A DNA stretch of 50,805 nt from an uncultured Marinospirillum sp. GTDB taxonomy: Bacteria > Pseudomonadota > Gammaproteobacteria > Pseudomonadales > Halomonadaceae. The stretch is taken from the NCBI GenBank assembly GCA_947624795.1, contig CANQLY010000001.1:1-50805 (forward strand), in the 5' to 3' direction. The position numbers were made by a program, and so were the translations under genes. Under the pieces are notes generated by a model. That model was given only the letters and a program-made list of their open reading frames with translations, ran no database searches and was not told the DNA's origin. This document shows, piece by piece, positions 1 through 7,128 of this stretch (position 1 is the first letter of the stretch; every line of letters starts with the position of its first letter).

Positions 1-1
1 A

Positions 2-1903
2 AATGGTAGTGAGTTACCAGCCAACACAAAAGACGGTGTAACTGGTGTAACCGGTGTAACCACCAGCAACGGTGCGGTTTCCAAAGTTACACCAAGCAAG
101 AATCAAGGTGTAACCGGTGTAACCTCTTTTATAAAGAAGGTTGATTTACAGGCAGAACCCACAGCCCCCGAAGTAGTGGAAGCTAAAATTCAGCGCCCCT
201 GTTTTATGACGCATGATGATTGGTTTTTACTAAACGGCAAGCGGTACAAAGCCGGTCTGTATTGGCACGGGGAAAAGGAAGGTGCAGATGATGCGCCGCC
301 TGAACCAATTAACGAGCGCATTTGTAGCCCAATTTATATAAAAGCCATTAGCAGCGATTCGCAAGACCAAGAGTTTGGTAAGTTGCTTTGCTTTATCAAC
401 CTAAACGGTAAGTGGAAAGATTGGGTTATGCCAACCCGACTATTAAAAAGTGCCGGTGATGAATTGCGTGGTGAATTGCTAGACCAAGGATGGATGCCAG
501 AATCTAACAGGGCGCAAACTAGGGCTAGGTTTACTGAATGGCTATTACAAGAAAACCCAAGTGAACGCATAACCGCTGCAACTTCAACTGGCTGGCACGA
601 TGACGGCAAAGCCTTTGTTTTTCCTACGCATACCTTGGGTAATGAAAAAATACGCTTTCAATCAGAATATACCCGTAATGATTTTTTTGTAGAACGCTCA
701 ACACTGGCTGAATGGAAGGAAACAGTAGCCAGTCAATGCGTAGGTAATCCAATGCTAACCCTTGCGCTATCGGTAGCTTTCGCTGGTACGTTGCTATTGC
801 CTGCAAAGCTTCAGTCTAGCGGTGGTGCTGGCATAAACCTTATGGGGCGAAGTTCACAAGGTAAGACTACGGCGCTAGAAGTTGCTGCTAGCGTATGGGG
901 TGCAAGTGAATACGTTCGTACATGGAATGCCACAGGCAATGGTTCTGAGGCAATAGCCGCTAGCCTAAATGATGCGCTGCTAATTTTGGATGAACTAGGG
1001 CAAAGTGACCCCAAGAATGTTGGCGATGTAGTTTATATGCTGGCAAATGGTAGCGGTAAAACTAGAGCTAAAAGCAGTGGTGGCGCTAGAAGAACGCAAG
1101 CATGGCGATTGATGGTGTTAAGCAGTGGTGAAAAGACGCTACCTTCACACATGGCAGAAGTCGGCATTGTAGCCAAGGCAGGGCAAGAAGCTAGATTGCT
1201 TGATATACCTGCAACAGAACAAACCTATGGTGTGTTTGATGAACTGCACGGCTGTAAAGATGGGCGTGAGTTTGCAGACAAATTAAAGTCGGCAACTTCC
1301 AAAGCTTACGGCACAGCAGGTAAGGCTTTTATAAAAGGCGTGATGCAAAAGGATGACTTGCCAGCGTTATACAATGAAATAAAAGAACAAGCTGGCTTCA
1401 CTGCTACCGATGGTGTGGAAGCTAGAGCCGCTGCAACCTTTGCGCTAATAGCCCTAGCTGGTGAACTAGCAACAAACCTTGGTATAACTGGCTGGGATGC
1501 AGGCGAAGCAATGGATAGCGCCGTCATTGGTTTTGAGTTGTGGCGTGGTGCAAGAGGTCAAGGCAGTACAGAAGACCGGCATATCTTGGAGTCTATCCAG
1601 TCTTACATTGAAACCTACAACGACAGCCAATTTACCAACCTAGACAATGCCAGCGATTTAGTTAAAACAGCCAAGCGTTCCGGCTACTGGAAAAACACAC
1701 CTGATGGTCAGCGTATTTATTACTTTACTACAGCAGGTTTAAAAGATGCGGTAAAAGGCTATGAGGTTAGAACAGCAAACCAAGCGTTAAGGAATGCTGG
1801 CTGGCTTGCAGAAACCAGCAGTGACAATAAGCCGACAGTGACAAAGCGAATAAACGGCATTACCACACGCCTTACCGCTATTCTGCCAAAGGAGCTAACC
1901 TAG
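2..1903 (+). CDS. DUF927-family replication helicase/NTPase (5' truncated by the window edge)
   Basis: The frame of ORF 176..1903 is open back to position 2 (NGSELPANTKDGVTGVTGVT...). Walker A GRSSQGKTT, Walker B LILDELGQ, and TGWH and ANGSGKTRA motifs typical of DUF927 proteins. Confidence 0.85.
   Translation, partial: NGSELPANTKDGVTGVTGVTTSNGAVSKVTPSKNQGVTGVTSFIKKVDLQAEPTAPEVVEAKIQRPCFMTHDDWFLLNGKRYKAGLYWHGEKEGADDAPPEPINERICSPIYIKAISSDSQDQEFGKLLCFINLNGKWKDWVMPTRLLKSAGDELRGELLDQGWMPESNRAQTRARFTEWLLQENPSERITAATSTGWHDDGKAFVFPTHTLGNEKIRFQSEYTRNDFFVERSTLAEWKETVASQCVGNPMLTLALSVAFAGTLLLPAKLQSSGGAGINLMGRSSQGKTTALEVAASVWGASEYVRTWNATGNGSEAIAASLNDALLILDELGQSDPKNVGDVVYMLANGSGKTRAKSSGGARRTQAWRLMVLSSGEKTLPSHMAEVGIVAKAGQEARLLDIPATEQTYGVFDELHGCKDGREFADKLKSATSKAYGTAGKAFIKGVMQKDDLPALYNEIKEQAGFTATDGVEARAAATFALIALAGELATNLGITGWDAGEAMDSAVIGFELWRGARGQGSTEDRHILESIQSYIETYNDSQFTNLDNASDLVKTAKRSGYWKNTPDGQRIYYFTTAGLKDAVKGYEVRTANQALRNAGWLAETSSDNKPTVTKRINGITTRLTAILPKELT
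35..124. repeat. Iteron module A: 9-bp GGTGTAAC(C/T) x3, one inverted copy, then x2
   Basis: Direct copies at 35, 44, 53, 107 and 116; inverted AGTTACACC at 85-93. Lies inside the open helicase frame. Confidence 0.9.
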
Positions 1904-2472
1904 TGAATATAGGTGAGATTGCCAAGGCTGCACAAAAGAAGTCACTACAAAGGAAATTAGCAACACAAGCAAAGCCGCTTGGTAACACTTGTAACACCGC
2001 AACAAATGAAAGTGTTACACCTGAAAACCGCATGAAACCTAGCTGTAACACTTGTAACACTTGTAACACCGCAAATGCAGAAGGTCAGCAACTAAACCCT
2101 AAAACTGAAGTGCATACAAAGCCGCTTGGTTACACCGGTTACACCGCAACAAATGAAAGTGTAACCGCTACAAGCCGCATAGAGCCTAACGGTTACACCA
2201 GTTACACCGGTTACACCGCAAATGCAGAAGGTCAGCAGTTAGGGCAAAGTAGACCAGTAATAACCCACCCTAGCTTTTTGCCACCAGAAGAACCGGCACC
2301 AGAAGAAAAGCAGCGGTTAATAACTTATGAGCTAGCTAAAAAAGCTTGGTATAGCCATTACTGGAAATGCCAGCTTTGCATTAGCCACCACACCAAGCTA
2401 AGACCACCAGAGCACCACCCGTGCAGCATAGGCAGTGAGCTAGTAAACAACTACAACCTAGCAACAATATAA
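1903..2472 (+). CDS. Hypothetical protein overlapping the iteron repeats, with a C-terminal His/Cys cluster
   Basis: GTG start overlaps the upstream TAG, with an AAGGAG RBS. The 147-bp repeat period preserves frame. C-terminus HYWKCQLC...HHPCSIG. Confidence 0.5.
   Translation: MNIGEIAKAAQKKSLQRKLATQAKPLGNTCNTATNESVTPENRMKPSCNTCNTCNTANAEGQQLNPKTEVHTKPLGYTGYTATNESVTATSRIEPNGYTSYTGYTANAEGQQLGQSRPVITHPSFLPPEEPAPEEKQRLITYELAKKAWYSHYWKCQLCISHHTKLRPPEHHPCSIGSELVNNYNLATI
1970..2237. repeat. Two 121-bp imperfect direct repeats (1970-2090, 2117-2237), each holding a 90-bp iteron module; putative replication origin/crr-like region
   Basis: Both start CAAAGCCGCTTGG and end GCAAATGCAGAAGGTCAGCA. Each has 2 direct + 1 inverted + 3 direct 9-mers. 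Confidence 0.9.
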
Positions 2473-2533
2473 GGAAGTGACTTAGCCAAGGATCGGCAAC
2501 AACCCAACCCCTGATGTAACAGGTATTGAACAG

Positions 2534-2971
2534 ATGAAGAAAACACAATTTAAGAAAGGTCAGAGTGGAAACCCAGCCGGTCGACCTAAAGGCAGTGGCT
2601 TAGCAGGTCGATTAAGGCAGGCCATAAATGATGATGCTGATGATATTTTAAAGGCCGTTGTCGTTGCCGCTAAGGGTGGCGATATGCAAGCCGCCAAGAT
2701 ACTACTCGACAGAATATGCCCAAGCCTGAAGCCTGAATCCCAGCAAGTAGACCTACCCGAACTATCAGCAGGCACACTTACCGAACGAGCTACAGCGGCG
2801 CTTGATGCCGTGGGACGTGGTGATCTAGCACCCGATACAGCAGCGCAACTTATCAATAGTGTTGGAGCGCTTGCCCGTGTTGTCGAGCTGGACGAAATGA
2901 TGGAGCGTGTAGCACGGCTAGAAGAACACACCGGCGTAACTGATACAGGGGAGCATCAATGGCAAGTATAA
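2534..2971 (+). CDS. DUF5681-domain protein (small-terminase-like N-terminus)
   Basis: N-terminal FKKGQSGNPAGRPKGS signature and GDMQAAKILLDR helix. Confidence 0.8.
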   Translation: MKKTQFKKGQSGNPAGRPKGSGLAGRLRQAINDDADDILKAVVVAAKGGDMQAAKILLDRICPSLKPESQQVDLPELSAGTLTERATAALDAVGRGDLAPDTAAQLINSVGALARVVELDEMMERVARLEEHTGVTDTGEHQWQV

Positions 2972-3105
2972 GAGCAAGGTTAGCTAGGTTAGAGAAAGGT
3001 AATGCTGTTCAGATTAAACCACCAGCCAAGCGAAAAACACTTGATGACTTCTACCAAGAGCTAGAAGAAAGCAAAGGCGCAATTATGAAGGAGTTTTACC
3101 AGTGA
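2959..3105 (+). CDS. Small hypothetical protein, 48 aa (MASIRARLARLEKGNAVQ...MKEFYQ); not in the ORF track
   Basis: Hand-translated. GGGGAG RBS; overlaps the end of the DUF5681 gene; its TGA overlaps the next GTG start. Confidence 0.7.
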   Translation: MASIRARLARLEKGNAVQIKPPAKRKTLDDFYQELEESKGAIMKEFYQ

Positions 3106-3266
3106 ACCTAAAAGCTAGATTGGCAAAGCTTGAACAGCGTCACCAGAACAAGCCACAAGACACACAGCAGGCGGTTATTGCGGTACTAAGGTCAATGCTT
3201 GCCAACTGTAAAGATGACCACAGGCACGCCGTAATTCAAGCGGTGCTAGGAGGTGTAAGAGCATGA
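3102..3266 (+). CDS. Small hypothetical protein, 54 aa (MNLKARLAKLEQRHQ...VLGGVRA); not in the ORF track
   Basis: Hand-translated. AAGGAG RBS; GTGA overlap upstream and ATGA overlap downstream. Confidence 0.7.
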   Translation: MNLKARLAKLEQRHQNKPQDTQQAVIAVLRSMLANCKDDHRHAVIQAVLGGVRA

Positions 3267-3487
3267 ACATTAGAAATAGATTAGCCAAGCTTGAACGCAA
3301 CACGACCACCAGCAACGACACCATGAAGTTAATCGTATTGTCTGCACCAGAACAACAGATAAACGGCCTTGCTCATGGTGGCGAACGTATTGAACGGCTA
3401 GCAGGTGAACCGCTGGACGCATTACAGCAACGTGCTATTGCAAGGTGGTACACAGGCCAGCCGATTATATGCGTTGCAGTGAGTTAA
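3263..3487 (+). CDS. Small hypothetical protein, 74 aa (MNIRNRLAKLERN...)
   Basis: AGGAGGT RBS, ATGA coupling, and the same N-terminal motif as the two preceding ORFs. Confidence 0.75.
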   Translation: MNIRNRLAKLERNTTTSNDTMKLIVLSAPEQQINGLAHGGERIERLAGEPLDALQQRAIARWYTGQPIICVAVS

Positions 3488-3600
3488 ATAATTATCGGAC
3501 ACGTTAGGGCTAGTAATTAGCTATTGGGATTAGTGAATAGATAGGGAAATACAATAAGCGCTTAATTCAAGCTGTTTAGTTAATTTAACACTAAGAAAAA

Positions 3601-3676
3601 CGGGGGTATATATGGGGGTATTTTCTGTTATCTTAACTCTTAAGCCTATATGCCATAAGGCTTAGAGAGTTTTTAA
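3601..3676. other. Putative att arm region of the integrated element
   Basis: GGGGGTATATATGGGGGTAT direct repeat (3602-3621) resembles P4-family integrase arm sites. An inverted repeat TAAGCCT...AGGCTTA follows, then the tRNA 3' end. Confidence 0.6.
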
Positions 3677-3761
3677 TGGTACCGGTGAGCGGACTTGAAC
3701 CGCTACGCCTTGCGGCAACGGATTTTGAATCCGTCGTGTATACCAATTTCACCACACCGGC
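3677..3761 (-). tRNA. leuX: tRNA-Leu(CAA)
   Basis: Reverse complement GCCGGTG TGGTGAAATTGGTATACAC GACGGA TT-CAA-AA TCCGT, long variable arm, GGTTCAAGTCC, CACCGGT-ACCA; 85 nt with encoded CCA. Confidence 0.97.
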
Positions 3762-3818
3762 TTATTTGAAAATTTAAACACGCTTGTTAGGTAGCAACTG
3801 CTAGCTAACAAGGTGTGT

Positions 3819-3846
3819 ATTATAAAGCTGTTTTTCTTCTAGTCAA
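3819..3846 (-). promoter_or_regulatory. sigma70 promoter of tRNA-Leu
   Basis: Minus strand TTGACT-16 bp-TATAAT, about 57 bp upstream of the tRNA; the leader contains a hairpin (3783-3812). Confidence 0.7.
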
Positions 3847-3984
3847 CACTTATATTATTGTTACAAAATGTTGCTGCCGTGGGTGCTTAGCAGGCTTACC
3901 TGTTTTACTTATCAAATGCTCTAATATCCATTAGAATCGAGTAATTAAAATAATGTAGCTGTTATTCTACAGCCAAGAGATGCT

Positions 3985-5889
3985 ATGAAATTTACTCAAG
4001 AAGAAAGTCGGGTCGCTTTAATTCGCAAGCGTATTTTATTGATCGCTTTACTGGGTGTATTGGCTACTGGCTTGGTTGCAAGCTTAAGTACTAGTATTCC
4101 TTTTTACTTCTCAGCACGCTCTAACCTTGAACAGATCACTTTAACGACAGTTCAAAGCCAAGCTAGTTTATTAAATAATATGTTAGAGAAATACCAAGAC
4201 CTTGCTAGCCAGTTTACTAGCAGAACCGAAATACGCTTACGTTTAGAAAGGTACACTGCAGGTCAGCTATCAGCTGAAGACCTAGTGGCTTATTCTGAAC
4301 CTCGGCTTAAAGATGCCATGCGTTTATCAAGCGAGCTTCTAGGTCTTATTCGTTTAGGCCTTAAAGGTGAAGTGTTAGTAAAAATTGGCCAAACACCATT
4401 GCTGCCTGAAATGATTGGTCAGCACCTTGAAAACACCCCATTTAGCAATTATATGCCTAGCTATAATTTAGTGGAAATTAATGCTACTCCTGTGATTCAG
4501 ATACAGGCAAATATTTTTTCTCAGCAAGGTCAAGTGATTGGTAAAGATGTGCTTTATTTTAACAATAACGACTTACTTGACGTGCTTAATGAAAAATTGC
4601 AATTAGATAAACACGCTAAAACTTACATGGTTAATTTAGCCATGAATCAAAGTTTAAACTATGTTGAAAGCACTAATAACTTAATGCTTACAAAAGACAT
4701 TGATCCTAAAAAAATAGTCCACCTAGATAAAGCTAATCAGCTAGGGCAGTGCGCTATTAGGCCTGAGAGTCGATGTGAAAATGTTATTTTCTTTGTGCCA
4801 TTAAAAAACTCTGATTGGTCACTGGTTGCTGAAATTCCAGTGAATAACTTTTATCTTCCTATTCGTCAGCAAATTTTTTGGCCACTTTTAGCCATTATAT
4901 CCATGTTGGTTATAGCCATTTTTGCCATTAGCCAAGCATTACACCCTTTAACGCGTCGTTTAGCTTATCAGGCCAAAGAGCTAGAAGAATCTACTGAAGA
5001 GTTACGCCTAGTTGCCAGTGTTTTTGAGGGGACGCGTGAAGCCATTGCTGTCACGGATGAAAAAATGCATTTAATAAAAGTAAACTCTGCTTTTAGCCAA
5101 ATCACCGGCTTTCCTGCTGCTGATGTTTTGGGCAAAGACTTACAAGATTTTTTTTACAAAAAGAAAACCATTGAAAAGCTACAGTTAAAAATTCAGCAAT
5201 CACTTGAAGTTAAAGACAGCTGGCAGGGTGAAATTTGGTATCAAAGTCAAAGCGGTGAAATGTTGCCTGTATTGCAAAGTATTAGTGCGTTACTTGATAA
5301 AAACTCTCAGGTTATTAATTACATTCATATTTTTAATGACATTTCTGAAAGTAAGGTTATTGAGGAGCGTATTAACTATTTAGCCCATTACGATCAATTA
5401 ACCGATTTGCCTAACCGTACTTTAATTAATCGACGCATTAAAAAAGCGGTGGAAAAAGCCAAGCTTAATGAGCAAGGTTTAGCGATTCTTTTTATGGATT
5501 TAGATCATTTTAAAGAAGTGAACGACACTTTAGGTCACCCTGTGGGCGATTTGCTTTTGCAGGCGGTAGGGCAAAGGCTTAAAGCAAGGCTTAGAGAGCA
5601 GGATACTTTAGGTCGATTAGGCGGTGATGAGTTCTTAGCCATTTTAGACCATTCAGCCAATACAGAAGCAACCGGCACAGTGGCACAAAAAATTATTCAT
5701 TCTTTAGTACAGCCTTTTCACATCGAGGGTAATCCAATTCAAATTGGCGTTTCTATTGGTATCGCTATTTACCCTAAAGACGGCGACACGGCAGATGAGC
5801 TGATTAAAAATGCAGACATTGCTATGTACCGTGCTAAAGATAGCGGACGTAATACCTTCCGCTATTTTTCTGACTCTGAAGAGGTTTAA
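3985..5889 (+). CDS. Membrane-bound sensor diguanylate cyclase (periplasmic sensor + PAS + GGDEF)
   Basis: Two TM segments, PAS (WQGEIWY), HYDQLTDLPNR, FMDLDHFKEVND, REQD I-site and RLGGDEF. Confidence 0.92.
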   Translation: MKFTQEESRVALIRKRILLIALLGVLATGLVASLSTSIPFYFSARSNLEQITLTTVQSQASLLNNMLEKYQDLASQFTSRTEIRLRLERYTAGQLSAEDLVAYSEPRLKDAMRLSSELLGLIRLGLKGEVLVKIGQTPLLPEMIGQHLENTPFSNYMPSYNLVEINATPVIQIQANIFSQQGQVIGKDVLYFNNNDLLDVLNEKLQLDKHAKTYMVNLAMNQSLNYVESTNNLMLTKDIDPKKIVHLDKANQLGQCAIRPESRCENVIFFVPLKNSDWSLVAEIPVNNFYLPIRQQIFWPLLAIISMLVIAIFAISQALHPLTRRLAYQAKELEESTEELRLVASVFEGTREAIAVTDEKMHLIKVNSAFSQITGFPAADVLGKDLQDFFYKKKTIEKLQLKIQQSLEVKDSWQGEIWYQSQSGEMLPVLQSISALLDKNSQVINYIHIFNDISESKVIEERINYLAHYDQLTDLPNRTLINRRIKKAVEKAKLNEQGLAILFMDLDHFKEVNDTLGHPVGDLLLQAVGQRLKARLREQDTLGRLGGDEFLAILDHSANTEATGTVAQKIIHSLVQPFHIEGNPIQIGVSIGIAIYPKDGDTADELIKNADIAMYRAKDSGRNTFRYFSDSEEV

Positions 5890-7022
5890 CCAGCTTTGCC
5901 ATCGGGCCTTGGATTAATAAGAATAGGCAGGTAAACAATGACAAATAACAGCAGTGCTAACATCCAAAGCACTGCTGATATTTGATAAGCAAGTAAGCCC
6001 TGCCAGCTTGCTAAGAACACCCTTACCACGGCGGCTAACGTCATTAGCACTAAAGCTAAAACAGTTAAACCTGCAGGTTCCAGCGCTCTACCTGTATGAC
6101 CTAAAGCCACTCGGCTCATCATGCTTAAAGTAAGTAAGCCTATGCCGCCCACAGTGAGTGCGTGAACACCTAAATAGGGGCTGACCCACCCTAGTGCACT
6201 GCCGCCACGTAAAAACAACCCCAACACTAGCCAAGCGTAGGCTAAATAAAGGCTCCATAATAAAGGTTTGCGCCAAATGGCTGAATCGTGCCAGCGCCAC
6301 AGATTAGGCAATAACCAGCAGCCTAAAACAAAATTAATCAGCGCTGCCCAAAGGCTATTGGCAAGTAATAAATTAGTAGCCAGCATAATTACCAACAAAG
6401 GTGGCAAGCCTTTTTCTAGCCAAGGAATACGGGCTTGCTCTGCTTTTTGTAAACCCCGCTGAATAAAAAAGGGAATCACTCGCCCGCCCATCACAAGCAT
6501 AATAATCAGTATTAAATCTAAGCCTAGATAAGCCCCTACATAGCTTAAGTGTTGGTTATCTGGCGCTAAAATAGACCAATGGCTTAAAGCTGCAGCGGCT
6601 CCTAGCAAGCCTACTAACAGTAAAAACACGCGGTTACGAACCACGGCAGTAATTAATGCGTGCCACAGGCTTATAAATAATCCTACCCAAAAAAGCATAT
6701 CAACGGCCACATAAAGAAGCTGTTGTTCACTGACTAGCGGAACTAGCCGTGCGGTAATCCAAATAAGTGCAAGCGCTGCTAGGGGCTTACCGTCGGGTGT
6801 TGATTTACCTGTCCAGTTTCTTACGGCGGTTAACAAAAAACCGGCGATAACTGCACCAGTATAGCCAAAGAGCATTTCATGCCGGTGCCAAGTAATAATA
6901 TTAGCCACACCAGGCCAGCTATAGCCAGTAGACAAGGTAATAATCCATAGCAACATCATGGTAAAACCACCCACCCCTGCTAATAAAAAGAAAGGCCGAA
7001 ACCCCAGTGAAAAAAGTGTCAT
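5886..7022 (-). CDS. nnrS: NnrS family heme-copper membrane protein
   Basis: GFRPFFL, WHRHEMLFGY, GFLLTAVRNWTG, GGRVIPFF, RVALGHTGR. Confidence 0.93.
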   Translation of the reverse strand: MTLFSLGFRPFFLLAGVGGFTMMLLWIITLSTGYSWPGVANIITWHRHEMLFGYTGAVIAGFLLTAVRNWTGKSTPDGKPLAALALIWITARLVPLVSEQQLLYVAVDMLFWVGLFISLWHALITAVVRNRVFLLLVGLLGAAAALSHWSILAPDNQHLSYVGAYLGLDLILIIMLVMGGRVIPFFIQRGLQKAEQARIPWLEKGLPPLLVIMLATNLLLANSLWAALINFVLGCWLLPNLWRWHDSAIWRKPLLWSLYLAYAWLVLGLFLRGGSALGWVSPYLGVHALTVGGIGLLTLSMMSRVALGHTGRALEPAGLTVLALVLMTLAAVVRVFLASWQGLLAYQISAVLWMLALLLFVIVYLPILINPRPDGKAG

Positions 7023-7036
7023 AAAAGCTACCCTGT

Positions 7037-7128
7037 GTTTATTAGTTTATTGGTTTATTGGTTTATTGGTTTATTGGTTTATTGGTTTATTGGTTTTTTA
7101 AGTTTTTTAAGTTTTTTAAGTTTTTTAA
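7037..7128. repeat. Compound VNTR: (GTTTATTG)6 plus one degenerate copy, abutting (GTTTTTTAA)4
   Basis: 8-mers at 7045-7092, degenerate copy at 7037-7044; 9-mers at 7093-7128 encode (LKN)4 at the MnmC C-terminus. Confidence 0.95.

Larger units (their letters stand above)
1..3676 (+). mobile_element. Right end of an integrated P4/PICI-like satellite or genomic island inserted at the 3' end of tRNA-Leu(CAA); continues beyond the left edge
   Basis: DUF927 helicase, iteron arrays, DUF5681 gene and small phage-like ORFs end next to the tRNA 3' end, with a GGGGGTAT direct repeat at the junction. No integrase in the window. Confidence 0.8.

Noticed and set aside
1970-2237. Repeats as a CRISPR array or DGR template/variable repeat pair
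   Set aside because: No constant repeat with unique spacers and no cas or reverse transcriptase gene in the window. Differences are not confined to adenines and recur in register with the 9-mers.
2510-2523. CCTGATGTAACAGG inverted repeat before DUF5681 as a pac site
   Set aside because: Only a 4-bp arm; cannot be distinguished from chance by eye.
2560-2931. Antisense 123-aa ORF, and the many other short ORFs overlapping known genes in the track
   Set aside because: Shadow frames of well-supported genes, with no RBS or recognisable motifs.
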